Program-made: the position numbers and the translations under genes
Source of the DNA: Deferribacterales bacterium
Lineage (GTDB): Bacteria > Chrysiogenota > Deferribacteres > Deferribacterales > Geovibrionaceae
Direction of reading: 5' to 3'
Length of the DNA stretch: 64,000 nt
NCBI GenBank assembly: GCA_050251875.1
Contig: JBFWMA010000002.1
Location: 1 to 64,000, forward strand
The notes under the pieces: generated by a model
Told to the model about the DNA's origin: nothing
Database searches by the model: none
What the model saw: only the letters and a program-made list of their open reading frames with translations
In this document: positions 1 to 9,119 of the stretch, one piece after another
Numbering within the stretch: position 1 is the stretch's first letter
Layout of the letters: every line of letters begins with the position of its first letter

Positions 1-126
1 CGATTATTATCAATAATTGATGGAGCAAAGGAAACATTTACAGTTTTTATGAATAAATTGGCTGGAATACAGGAAATGGTAAGGCTTTCAATACAGAATC
101 TGATGTTTCAAAGGTGCGAAACTTGA
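1..126 (+). CDS. possible C-terminal end of a gene entering the window
   Basis: Frame 1 is open from base 1 to TGA at 124-126 (RLLSIIDG...FQRCET*); too short to assign. Confidence 0.3.
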   Translation, partial: RLLSIIDGAKETFTVFMNKLAGIQEMVRLSIQNLMFQRCET

Positions 127-972
127 GATATTAATATATTTCAAATCTCAACTCGATTTATCGTAGTTTGTGTCTAGTTACACTTCCGTTCGCTCAAACG
201 GTGTCAAAGAGCTACATTGCCAGCACAACTCTAAATGGGTCTGTGTAGTGTTTGTTTTTACTTCTGTAAAAAGCATATCTGGCAATGATAGAAGTTCTTG
301 CACCTTCTAACAACAAAATGCATGGTGGACTCAACACAGTTACCCAGCCTGCGGGCAAAAAAGCAGGTAAATCTTGGCTAAATGTAATATTAGAGTGGTT
401 TTCATTTTAAGAAGAGGCTGTAAGCTGCAGAGATATCGTTGCGTTGAATGGCTATTTAACCATGTATATATGCAGGGCATCGGAATTATAATATGTCAAT
501 ATAGACCTGTTCTTGAAGACTGGATGATCTTGATGTTGGAGGAAGTTAATTGCTCTCAGGTTCTTAAATAGCTAATTTTCACTGAGTATAAATTTAATAT
601 GTATATTATTTCTTATTAATATTAGCAGTATCTTAGTTGCAAAGTTTATTATGCGCTAAAAGTGCTGCTCAGTGAGTTAATAACGGTTGAAAAGGTGCTG
701 TTTTAGTCGCAAGCTAGGTAAATACAAGAGAAAGTATACAACTTATTGATTATAAAACTTTAGGTTTATTTGCTTATTAGTCATAAATATAGCATAATGT
801 GAATGTAATCTCTCAGGTTCATAAGCAAAAATTTATTAACAATGATTATAAAAACGAGATAACATTACGATGCGAGAAATTCTGAGAAATTGATTTTCTT
901 ATTTTACACTAGAGTCATGTGATCCTTTTGTGTCAAAAAGCATTGGGATCTAATAAGCAGAGAGGTATTTCG

Positions 973-3900
973 ATGAGTAGACTGCATCTGAACTATAGAA
1001 ATTTATCAATCTATTCTTTAGCTGCCCAGCAAAATTCTTATAATCTTTTTGCTAATATTAAACTTAATTATCTTGAAGATGATGATGAGCAAAATAATCC
1101 AATTCTTAGAGACTTGACCGTTAAGTTAGACTGTGATGGAGGAGTGCTTGTTTCAGAGAAGTGGGAAATTTCTCAAATTAGTCATGGTCAATGTATCAGT
1201 TTGCAGGATAGATCATTAAAATTTTCTCATGATTATCTTGTTAATTTATCGGATGAAACTCGACTTGGTTTTACTTTTACTGTTTTTTGTGCTGAAAATC
1301 CTGATATTTGTTTATTTACCAAATCTGAGACCATAAATGTTGCCCCTGCCAATTTTTGGGGAGGTGAAACTCGGCAACCAGAGTTGTTGGCAGCTTTTGT
1401 AAAGCCAAATGGCGTTTATGTTGAATCTCTGGTCAAGCAAGTAACTGATGTTCTTGAAAAAAGTGGTCATGATAGAATGGCTGATGGTTATCAGTCGAAT
1501 ACACGAGAAAAGCCATATTTAATGGCAGCAGCTTTATGGAGTATCTTAACAAAACAAAAAATAGCTTATGTTTCACCGCCACCAAGTTTTGCGAATAATG
1601 GTCAGCTGATTCGTCTTGCTTCTGATATTAGCAACAGTAAAATGGGTGCTTGTCTTGATTTATCTCTACTATTTGCTAGCTGTCTAGAACTAATGGGGCT
1701 AAATACCGTAATTGCTCTCACAAAAACACATGCCATGGTTGGGGTATGGCTCATAGATCACATGTTTCCTTTACTTACAAACGATTATCCGATGGAACTT
1801 AGAAAGAGAATTGATTCAAGAGACCTTATCTTATTTGAGTCCACTATGATTACCAATTCTCATGTGCCTACTTTCATACAGGCCTGCGATTATGCACGTT
1901 CACTTATTGGAGAAGAGCATGAAGATGACTTTGTATACACGATTGACATCAGTCAGGCCAGATCAAGGAAAATTAAACCATTAGCAACAATAGAAGAGCG
2001 AAAGGAAGAGACTACCGCAGATGACGAGGGGGATATTTCTTTGTTACCAATACCGCCCCTACCTCCAGTTCATATATATGAGCGTGTTATTGAGGAAACC
2101 CCAGAAACTCGTATTGATAATTGGCAACGCAAGTTGTTAGATTTGACAAAGCGTAACCCGTTACTCTCCTTTAATGATAGGACTACAGGTGTCAGGTTGT
2201 TCTGCCCTAATATAGGTCAGATGGAGGATCAATTAGCTGATAACGCAACTTTTTCTTTTATCTCCTCTGAAGACAGCCCAATTAATGACGAAGAGCGCAG
2301 CCGAGAATCATTTCGTTTAGCATCAGGGAATGATTTACATAAAGAATACGCTCTAGAACAATTAGCAAGAAATACTCTGGTTGCCAATATGGCAAAGAAA
2401 AAGGTTGAAACCTCCTTAGTCAATCTTTTGAGAAAAGCAAAGAGAGATCTCGAAGAAGGCGGGGCAAATACACTCTTTATTGCATTAGGCATGTTATCAT
2501 GGAAAGAAAACCCAAAGGATACCAGATCGTACAAAGCCCCACTAATTTTAATCCCTGTTGAATTACAAAGACGTAGTGCTAGAGCACAAATTAAGATGCG
2601 TCAACTTCAAGATGAGGAACCAATATTTAATTTAACGCTTATAGAGTTTCTTTCTAGCGAACACGATATTGACCTTTCTCGTTTTCGCAATGATCTACCA
2701 GAAGATGAGTCAGGTATAGATGTTGATGGTATTTGGCAAGATGTTAGAGATGCAGTGTCTGAACAACAAGGTTTTGAAGTCGTAGAAGAATGTGTGATTG
2801 CTTCTTTTTCATTTGCCAAATATCTAATGTGGAAGGATTTGAGAGACAGATTTAATGATCTTAAAAAGAACCCTTTTGTTAGACATCTGGTAGACCATCC
2901 TCAAGAAGCGTACCAGCAAGAAGCATCGTTTATTCTTCGAGAAGAGTTAGATGAAAAAATTGATCCATCTGATATTTATATTCCCTTGAATTGTGACAGT
3001 TCACAGTTAGTAGCAGTCGAAGCAAGCTCAAGACCCCAGGATTTCGTTCTCGAGGGCCCTCCTGGGACAGGTAAGTCCGAAACCATTGCAAACATGATAG
3101 TGAACAATTTAGCTAAAGGACGAAAGGTTTTATTTGTTGCTGAAAAAATAGCAGCTCTCCAAGTGGTTTACCGCCGCTTACAGAAGATACATTTAGATCA
3201 TTTGGTGCTTGAACTACACTCCAATAAAGCAAATAAACAGGCTGTTTTAGATCAATTAAGACAAGCCACAGCTATCAGAGAAGAAAAAACAACTGAAGAA
3301 TGGGTAAAAGATGCTAATAATTTAAGGAATAAGCGTGAGAAACTTAATGAGTTCGTTAAAGCTTTACATCAGCCTTCGAGTTTTGGTATTTCCCCTAGAT
3401 CTGCTATCTCACGAGTAGCTGTTTGTAAAAATAATCAAAAAATCAAGCTTAACTGGGGCAGTAATCTTTCTGCTTGTCCTGTTGAAGGGCGAGATGGGTT
3501 TGATAGGCTGACAACGATAGCTAAGAAAGCAGGTATTGCCTTTGGTGATGTAGCTCATTTGGATGTTAGTGCATTTAGACCTATAACAGCAACATCATGG
3601 TCATATTCATGGCAGGCCGAGCTAATTCAGCACATAACAGATTTTATCCATTCGTCAACAAGTGTTACTCCGATAATTTCAGATTTTGCTAGCCAATTCA
3701 ATGTTTGCATTGATTCAGTTAATTTATATCAGGTTGATAAGTTAAGCAAATTGTCAGAGCTTATAGATATCGCAAAAGACTTTTCGATTGAGTTTGCCAT
3801 TGGGTCAGACGTAACAAAGCGCTTGGAGCGTTTGAATAAACTGGTGGATAATAAGTCTGATTTGGATGCGAGGTTAAAAGATATTTCACACGGAGTATCA

Positions 3901-6765
3901 GCATTGCGTTTGCTTGGAACACCTGTTACCGAGTGGATAGCATTGTTTGAAGCTGCACAAGGAAGTTGGATTAAGAAGCTCTTCATAAAAGGGAAACTTA
4001 ATAAACTAGCTCAAAAGGCTGGGTATGAAAAATTCAGTGATTTAGAGATACTTTATTCGTTAAAAAAGGCACAAGAATTGGCTACCATAGTCGAAAGTCT
4101 ATCACAAGAATTTGTACCTTATAATGTTTGGACAGGTTGGAACAGTAGTACTGATGATTTGCGAGCAAAACATACTCAAGGTCAGCATATTCATAGTGCT
4201 ATAAAAGATATAATCAGCCTCGCTGATGACCCTATGGAATTAGTGTCTATTATAAAGACAAAATTAGCAGATGGGCGAGAATTCCTAGAAAACTCTAAAG
4301 TTCTAGGGGCAAAGTTGAAGTTTGATGATGTTATTAAGTCGTTGACTCTTGCTTCTCAAATGTTAAGAACATCTGGAGTAGAAATTGAAATATACACACC
4401 TATTGCACAATATAGTAATAGTTTTGAAATTGTATTAAAACATGAACAAAAGTTGAAACCGTGGGTTGAGTGGGTTGCTGCAAAGAGAGAATGCGAATCA
4501 GTACATATTAGCTCTCTTTGTGAAGCATTGGAAACTGGAAAGATCATGCATAAAGATGCGGAGAGCCAACTCATTACTGCTTTTTGTGCTTGGCTTACTC
4601 CATGTCTTATTGATGAACGAAAGGCTCTGAGAAGCTTTAAGGCAAGTGAGCATAATCAAAGGATTGAAGAATTTCGTCAACTTGACGCTGAGGTAGCTCG
4701 AACAACTAGTGAATATATTTCAGCTTTAATAGCACAAAACGCACCAAATATTTCAAGTAAAGAACATTCTCAACATTTTGCTACGCTATCAAGAGAATTG
4801 CAAAAAAAGTCTAGACATAAGCCTATCCGAGTTTTGTTTGAAGATATGGGTGAAAGACTTCTTGATATTTGTCCTTGTATGATGATGTCTCCTTTATCTG
4901 TAGCTCAATTTTTGCCATCAAAATTTAATGCTTTTGATGTGGTTGTTTTTGATGAAGCATCTCAAATAACAACTTGGGACTCCGTTGGGGCTATTGCACG
5001 TGGTAAGAATGTTATTGTTGTTGGTGATCCTAAACAGATGCCCCCTACTAATTTTTTCAACGCCTCTATAAGTGATGAAGATTCAGAAGAAGAAGATCTT
5101 GAGTCGGTGCTAGATCAAGCCTTGGCAGCAGGGCTTCCACATTTAAGATTGATGGGGCATTATCGTTCAAAACATGAAACGTTGATAGCATTTTCTAACT
5201 CAAAATATTATGATAATCAATTAGTTACATATCCATCTTCGGATACAAAAGAGTCTGTGGTAACACTCCGTCGTGTCGGTGGTGTTTATGCGAAAGGAAA
5301 AGGGAGAAACAACCCTCATGAGGCAAGTGAAGTTGTAAAAGAAGTTGTGAGGCGATTATTACACCCGTATTATTGTAAACAATCTCTAGGGATAGTAACT
5401 CTTAATAGTGAACAACAACGAACGATAGAAGATCTTTTAGATGATGCTCGTAGAAGATATCCTTCCATAGAGCGTTATTTTCAAGCAACTGATACTTATG
5501 ATCCTGTTTTTGTAAAGAATTTAGAGTCAGTTCAGGGTGATGAACGAGACGTGATTATGTTTAGTTTGGGGTACGGACCAACCGAACAGGGTGGCAAAAC
5601 AATGTCTATGAATTTTGGACCACTTAACAAGTCAGGAGGGGAAAGACGTCTTAATGTCGCTATAACTCGAGCTACAACTGAAGTGATGGTTTTCGCTAGT
5701 TTTGATTCCAGTATGATTGATCTTTCAAGAACATCAGCTAAAGCAGTAGAGCATCTCAAACATTATCTAGAGTTTGCAGAGAAAGGTCCAATAGCCCTAG
5801 TAGAACAAAATTCCACCACTTATGGTGTAGATCAGTTTGATAGTGATTTTGAACAGGCTGTAGCTTGGGCTCTTAGGGATTTAGGTTGGAATGTCCAAAC
5901 ACAAATTGGTGTGAGTAAGTTTCGTATTGATTTAGGAGTTGTACATCCAGATAGCCCAGGCTTATATTTAGCTGGCGTTGAATGCGATGGCGCAGCATAC
6001 CATGGCTCTCCTAGCGCAAGAGATAGGGATCGAATTCGACATGCTGTTCTTGAGACTCTTGGATGGCGTTTAATTCGGGTGTGGTCAACAGATTATTTTC
6101 GCGATTCAGAAGATGAAATTCAAAAGATTCATAACAGATTAAATGAAATTTTAATTGAAGATCGTAATAGTTCTAACATGGAAAAGATTGAGCCTCTTGA
6201 AGTTAATAACTTTGATATAGATTTGGAAAGCCATGTTTCTTTACATGTTGAAGAATTTACAGAAAATGATAATGACATAGCAGAGGGAGCAGAGTACGCT
6301 TCAAATGTTTATTTTGAAGAAAGCCATAAAATACGTTTGGCAGAAATGGCAAAATCAATACTAACAGAGCGTCCATGTATTACTCAAAAAGCGTTAGCGT
6401 TAGAAATAGCACAGAGACATAGTCTATCTAGAACCTCCCAAAAACAGTTGTTGCACCTTTTCCCTCTTGTTGATAGTTGGGCCGGTACTCTTAAGATTCA
6501 AGGTCAAGATCCTGTTTATTGGGTGTCTCCCCAAGATGTGGCTGAAATAATACCATGGCGAGGTGTCAATGCATTTGAATACGAACGAAATTGGTCAGAA
6601 ATTGCCTATCCTGAAGCTCTTGGCCTTGCACAAGAAGCATTAGAACGTCAACCATTAGACCCGGTTGACTATATTTGTAATGTTTTTAAACTTCAACGGC
6701 GTCATCAAACAACATTAGATACTTTTAGAGTATGGGTTGATGCTGCGCTTTTATTAGAGAAATAG
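973..6765 (+). CDS. DUF4011 + SF1 (UPF1-like) helicase + Vsr/MTES_1575-like nuclease protein; Hhe-type anti-phage protein
   Basis: WQRKLLDLTKRNPLL (DUF4011), GPPGTGKS Walker A, DEASQ, GDPKQMPP, HYRS, VQGDERD, RRLNVAITRA; C-terminal RIDLGV...VECDG...RDRDR..LGW; ATG 973 after AGAGGT. Confidence 0.85.
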   Translation: MSRLHLNYRNLSIYSLAAQQNSYNLFANIKLNYLEDDDEQNNPILRDLTVKLDCDGGVLVSEKWEISQISHGQCISLQDRSLKFSHDYLVNLSDETRLGFTFTVFCAENPDICLFTKSETINVAPANFWGGETRQPELLAAFVKPNGVYVESLVKQVTDVLEKSGHDRMADGYQSNTREKPYLMAAALWSILTKQKIAYVSPPPSFANNGQLIRLASDISNSKMGACLDLSLLFASCLELMGLNTVIALTKTHAMVGVWLIDHMFPLLTNDYPMELRKRIDSRDLILFESTMITNSHVPTFIQACDYARSLIGEEHEDDFVYTIDISQARSRKIKPLATIEERKEETTADDEGDISLLPIPPLPPVHIYERVIEETPETRIDNWQRKLLDLTKRNPLLSFNDRTTGVRLFCPNIGQMEDQLADNATFSFISSEDSPINDEERSRESFRLASGNDLHKEYALEQLARNTLVANMAKKKVETSLVNLLRKAKRDLEEGGANTLFIALGMLSWKENPKDTRSYKAPLILIPVELQRRSARAQIKMRQLQDEEPIFNLTLIEFLSSEHDIDLSRFRNDLPEDESGIDVDGIWQDVRDAVSEQQGFEVVEECVIASFSFAKYLMWKDLRDRFNDLKKNPFVRHLVDHPQEAYQQEASFILREELDEKIDPSDIYIPLNCDSSQLVAVEASSRPQDFVLEGPPGTGKSETIANMIVNNLAKGRKVLFVAEKIAALQVVYRRLQKIHLDHLVLELHSNKANKQAVLDQLRQATAIREEKTTEEWVKDANNLRNKREKLNEFVKALHQPSSFGISPRSAISRVAVCKNNQKIKLNWGSNLSACPVEGRDGFDRLTTIAKKAGIAFGDVAHLDVSAFRPITATSWSYSWQAELIQHITDFIHSSTSVTPIISDFASQFNVCIDSVNLYQVDKLSKLSELIDIAKDFSIEFAIGSDVTKRLERLNKLVDNKSDLDARLKDISHGVSALRLLGTPVTEWIALFEAAQGSWIKKLFIKGKLNKLAQKAGYEKFSDLEILYSLKKAQELATIVESLSQEFVPYNVWTGWNSSTDDLRAKHTQGQHIHSAIKDIISLADDPMELVSIIKTKLADGREFLENSKVLGAKLKFDDVIKSLTLASQMLRTSGVEIEIYTPIAQYSNSFEIVLKHEQKLKPWVEWVAAKRECESVHISSLCEALETGKIMHKDAESQLITAFCAWLTPCLIDERKALRSFKASEHNQRIEEFRQLDAEVARTTSEYISALIAQNAPNISSKEHSQHFATLSRELQKKSRHKPIRVLFEDMGERLLDICPCMMMSPLSVAQFLPSKFNAFDVVVFDEASQITTWDSVGAIARGKNVIVVGDPKQMPPTNFFNASISDEDSEEEDLESVLDQALAAGLPHLRLMGHYRSKHETLIAFSNSKYYDNQLVTYPSSDTKESVVTLRRVGGVYAKGKGRNNPHEASEVVKEVVRRLLHPYYCKQSLGIVTLNSEQQRTIEDLLDDARRRYPSIERYFQATDTYDPVFVKNLESVQGDERDVIMFSLGYGPTEQGGKTMSMNFGPLNKSGGERRLNVAITRATTEVMVFASFDSSMIDLSRTSAKAVEHLKHYLEFAEKGPIALVEQNSTTYGVDQFDSDFEQAVAWALRDLGWNVQTQIGVSKFRIDLGVVHPDSPGLYLAGVECDGAAYHGSPSARDRDRIRHAVLETLGWRLIRVWSTDYFRDSEDEIQKIHNRLNEILIEDRNSSNMEKIEPLEVNNFDIDLESHVSLHVEEFTENDNDIAEGAEYASNVYFEESHKIRLAEMAKSILTERPCITQKALALEIAQRHSLSRTSQKQLLHLFPLVDSWAGTLKIQGQDPVYWVSPQDVAEIIPWRGVNAFEYERNWSEIAYPEALGLAQEALERQPLDPVDYICNVFKLQRRHQTTLDTFRVWVDAALLLEK

Positions 6766-6962
6766 ATATTTAAAATCTGTTCCCATGTTAAGGCAATGTT
6801 GAGCATATGTTTCCTTGTTGAATGAGATTATTTATAATAATTATAATTTATGAGTCTATTTTTGTAAAATAATTATGATTTATTTTATTGTTCGTTTTAT
6901 CATTCGTAATGATAATTGTAAGACTTGTAATATATTTTAAATAAAGTAGAAATTTAATTTAA

Positions 6963-6991
6963 TTGAATTTTATTTTAATGTTCGTTATATT
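6963..6991 (+). promoter_or_regulatory. sigma70-type promoter of fic, probably leaderless
   Basis: TTGAAT-17 nt-TATATT, ATG begins 7 nt after the -10, no SD. Confidence 0.5.
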
Positions 6992-6997
6992 GTTCGT

Positions 6998-8182
6998 ATG
7001 AAGATAACATATATGGAACCAATGATGCCTTTGCAGGATGGTAAAAGTCCTGAGAAAAGGCGAGAAATTGACAACCTGATTGCTGATTTACGTGAGAAGT
7101 CTGTGCTACTCACCAGTAAATTGCATCCAAAAGTGCTGTCGCTTGTCGGTGACCAAGTACGCCTAATGAACTGCTATTACAGCAACCTTATAGAGGGACA
7201 CCCTACCAGACCAAAAGATATTCAGGATGCTATGAATGGTGACTTCTCTGATAACTCAGAAACCAGAGACTTACAGCTTGAGGCTAAAGCCCACATAGAA
7301 GTTCAAAGGCAGATTGATTACGGCACTCATGGCTTTGATGAGATAGTTTCTGAAGGCTTCATCAAATGGATACATCAGGAGTTCTATAAAGAGCTTCCGG
7401 ACAGTCTAAAATTTGTTACAGATGATAAAGGCAGTAGGGTTGAAGTGGAAGCCGGCAAATTCAGAACCCGAGATGTTGTTGTCGGTCGTCATATTGGCGT
7501 ACCTCATGAGAATATATCAGACTTCATAGATAAATTCTGCAAATCATACGACATTGAAAAACTTGGTAAACATGAGCAAATGGCTGCTGCCGCTGCATCC
7601 CACCATAGGCTGTTGTGGATTCACCCGTTTCTTGATGGTAACGGACGAGTAGCAAGGTTATTCAGTCATGCTTATTTGAAGAGCATAGGAATCGGTAGTG
7701 ACTTATGGTCTGTATCCAGAGGGCTTGCCAGAGAGTCAGAACAGTACAAACAGATGTTGGCAAAGGCTGATGCAACGAGATCAGGAGATTTAGACGGCAG
7801 AGGAAGTTTGTCTCTCTCAGGTCTTCAGGACTTCAGCATTTTCTTTTTGAAATGTTGCATTGATCAGGTTGAGTTCATGGGCAGACTGATAGACCAAAAA
7901 GGCTTACTTGATCGCATAGAAGCCTATATGGGACTTTTAATCAGCAAAGAAGGTATACATCCTAAATCATTTAAACTTTTGGCTTACGCAGTCAAAGAAG
8001 GCGAATTCAGAAGAGGGGAGGCAGCTGACATCATGGGCATCCAAAGCCGTACTGTCGCCAGCCAGACATTATCAGAACTTCTCCGCAGAGGCTTGCTTGT
8101 TTCGGCAGATAAAAAAGCCCCTGTCAGCCTCGGTATCACCGAAGAAGCAAAAGAATTCTGGTTACCGGGGTTGTTTCAATAA
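6998..8182 (+). CDS. Fic family protein with probable C-terminal HTH
   Basis: Canonical HPFLDGNGRVAR motif; SNLIEG motif. Confidence 0.9.
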   Translation: MKITYMEPMMPLQDGKSPEKRREIDNLIADLREKSVLLTSKLHPKVLSLVGDQVRLMNCYYSNLIEGHPTRPKDIQDAMNGDFSDNSETRDLQLEAKAHIEVQRQIDYGTHGFDEIVSEGFIKWIHQEFYKELPDSLKFVTDDKGSRVEVEAGKFRTRDVVVGRHIGVPHENISDFIDKFCKSYDIEKLGKHEQMAAAAASHHRLLWIHPFLDGNGRVARLFSHAYLKSIGIGSDLWSVSRGLARESEQYKQMLAKADATRSGDLDGRGSLSLSGLQDFSIFFLKCCIDQVEFMGRLIDQKGLLDRIEAYMGLLISKEGIHPKSFKLLAYAVKEGEFRRGEAADIMGIQSRTVASQTLSELLRRGLLVSADKKAPVSLGITEEAKEFWLPGLFQ

Positions 8183-8264
8183 CTATCTGAAAACTAAAGG
8201 TTTATTCTTTTTATAGATAAATTGAAATAAATATATTAGTATTTAGAAAAACAGAGTGTGCGAT

Positions 8265-9119
8265 ATGAATAGAAATAAAAAAAAACTCACTGTCCGTTTT
8301 TATGAAATAGAGTCTAATGAAGCATTGTTGAATGATATTTCGGCAGTGTATCAAGTAAGTATAGGTAGCGGCGAAAAGACACGCATAATAAATCATAAAG
8401 AGAAGAAGTATTTTATTAAATTAGATAAAATTACTATCTCAGGAAGAAATATTTATTCAATAACAGTAGTTAAAGAAAGGAATACTTGGCAAACGAAGGC
8501 ACTTAGAGATGGTACTATTTCTGGTATTCAAATCAATCAGGGAATTATTGGAGATCCATACTATTACTTATTAGATTCTGATAAAAAAGTAATATTCGGT
8601 TTAACAACAGGCGGGAATGAGGGTTTAAGAACTGTTGGGGAGACAACTTTAACTCAATTTCAAAAAGATAGATTAAGTAAGATAGCTTTAAATCCAATTA
8701 TGAAAAAGGATGATTCAGCTAAGATTAATCACCTCTCAAATATAAAGAACTTTGAGCTTAAAGTAGATTTCAGTGAATTAGGTGAAATTGACACCTATGC
8801 ACCGAATACTCTTAGGGAATTAAGTATCATAGCCAGAAATGCGGAAATACATATTAAATATAATCATATTGAAGATGAAAATGGTTTGCCAGAAAGAGAG
8901 CTCGTTGAAATTGTAGACTTTTTAAATGAAAATGATGCCTGTAGTAAGCTGACTGTAGAAGGCGAGGATATTGATGGAGAACCCGTAAAGCTTGATTTTC
9001 ATCATAGTCTTTTTGTCTACAGAGAAGAGATTGAAACTAGAAATAATTATATTGATGAAAACAGTGCTCATCAAGTTTTGATAAATGCCTCAGAAATGCT
9101 AAATGATTTAATTCAGTAA
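8265..9119 (+). CDS. hypothetical protein (loosely DUF6731/DUF4747-like)
   Basis: Open 284-codon frame with protein-like composition; family guess is weak. Confidence 0.7.
   Translation: MNRNKKKLTVRFYEIESNEALLNDISAVYQVSIGSGEKTRIINHKEKKYFIKLDKITISGRNIYSITVVKERNTWQTKALRDGTISGIQINQGIIGDPYYYLLDSDKKVIFGLTTGGNEGLRTVGETTLTQFQKDRLSKIALNPIMKKDDSAKINHLSNIKNFELKVDFSELGEIDTYAPNTLRELSIIARNAEIHIKYNHIEDENGLPERELVEIVDFLNENDACSKLTVEGEDIDGEPVKLDFHHSLFVYREEIETRNNYIDENSAHQVLINASEMLNDLIQ

Noticed and set aside
305..395. attC-like sequence (TTCTAAC...ATTAGAG) with an internal hairpin
   Set aside because: Both core sites deviate from RYYYAAC/GTTRRRY, arm pairing is poor, and there is no array or integron integrase; at most a remnant
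374..571. 65-aa ORF upstream of the helicase
   Set aside because: TTG start, no recognisable motif, AT-rich intergenic context
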